A stretch of 63,921 nucleotides of DNA, the filler included, from Octopus bimaculoides (lineage: Eukaryota), in the NCBI RefSeq assembly GCF_001194135.2. It is 5 parts of 5 records of this genome, joined end to end, with 100 filler letters (N's around TTAATTAATTAA, not from the genome) between each part and the next. Parts side by side here need not be neighbours in the genome. Positions count along the whole stretch, not along the records: positions 62,855 to 63,921 come from NC_068984.1; 4 more parts are not named here. The stretch is one strand, 5' to 3'. Position 1 is the first letter of the stretch; each line of letters begins with the position of its first letter. Positions 63,321 through 63,921 of this stretch are shown here, in pieces. The translations under genes and the position numbers were made by a program. The notes below the pieces were generated by a model. It made no database searches. It saw nothing but the letters and a program-made list of their open reading frames with translations, and was not told the origin of the DNA.

Positions 63321-63921
63321 AGAATAAGTACCAGGCTTACAAAGAATATGTCCTGGGGTGTGCTCCAGCATGGCTGAAACATGTAAAAGAATAAAAGAGT
63401 ATGTATATATTTATGTGTGTGTCTGTTTGTCCCTCCTACCATCGCTTGACAACCGATGCTGGTGTGTTTACGTCCTCGTAAATTAGCGGTTCGACAAAAG
63501 ACACTGATATAATAAATACTAAAGTTACAAAGATATAAGGCCTGAGGTCAATTTCTTCGAATAAAACCCTTTAAGGTGGTGCTCCTGCATGGCCGCAGTC
63601 AAATGACTGAAACAAGTAAAAGAATAAAAGAATATATATAAATTTTCATTTTATCTAGTTTCAGCTCAGGAGCTGTGGCCATGCTGGGGCACTGCCATAT
63701 ATATATAAAAGGCACAGGAGTGGCTGTGTGGTAAGTAAAATGCTTACCAACCACATGGTTCCGGGTTCAGTCCCACTGTGTGGCATCTTGGGCAAGTGTC
63801 TTCTACTATAGCCTCGGGCCGACCAAAGCCTTGTGAGTGGATTTGGTAGACGGAAACTGAAAGAAGTCCATCGTATATATGCATATGTATATATGTATGT
63901 GTGTGTATATGTTTGTGTGTC
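63320..63921 (+). mobile_element. Tandem SINE family C copies
   Basis: Two 3' bodies (63320-63640), a short minus-strand tail near 63640-63700, and a fresh head GGCACAGGAGTGGCTGTGTGGTAAG...GGGTTCAGTCCC...CTTGGGCAAGTGTCTT from about 63712. Confidence 0.85.

Overview
This is a repeat-dominated, AT-rich eukaryotic genomic window with many N gaps. Microsatellite density and the SINE/LINE complement look most like an octopus (coleoid cephalopod) assembly; that is inferred from recall, not a database result. I could not support any host protein-coding gene, intact RNA gene or CRISPR array. Nearly all ORFs in the track are microsatellite translations, N-spanning artefacts or transposon debris. The window holds several tRNA-derived SINE families, decayed Tc1/mariner (DD34D-type and DD37D/maT-type) and hAT transposons, R4/Dong-type and RTE-type LINE fragments, two Penelope-like (GIY-YIG) remnants, a Gypsy 3' end with its LTR, and a ~4.1 kb TACG/TACA/TAGT satellite. 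The best leads are: (i) minimal type I hammerhead-ribozyme motifs at 45693-45732 and 30546-30613, probably from Penelope-like pseudo-LTRs; (ii) a nearly identical 287-bp inverted duplication (31801-32087 / 35462-35749) with junction microhomology, suggesting a recent 3.4-kb inversion; (iii) a ~320-bp spacer-less palindrome at a hAT truncation point; (iv) a miniature LTR/TRIM-like structure at 37696-38183. I found no convincing wholly new multi-gene system. Four NNN-TTAATTAATTAA-NNN scaffold joins mean adjacency across 24249-24348, 28843-28942, 58546-58645 and 62755-62854 is uncertain.
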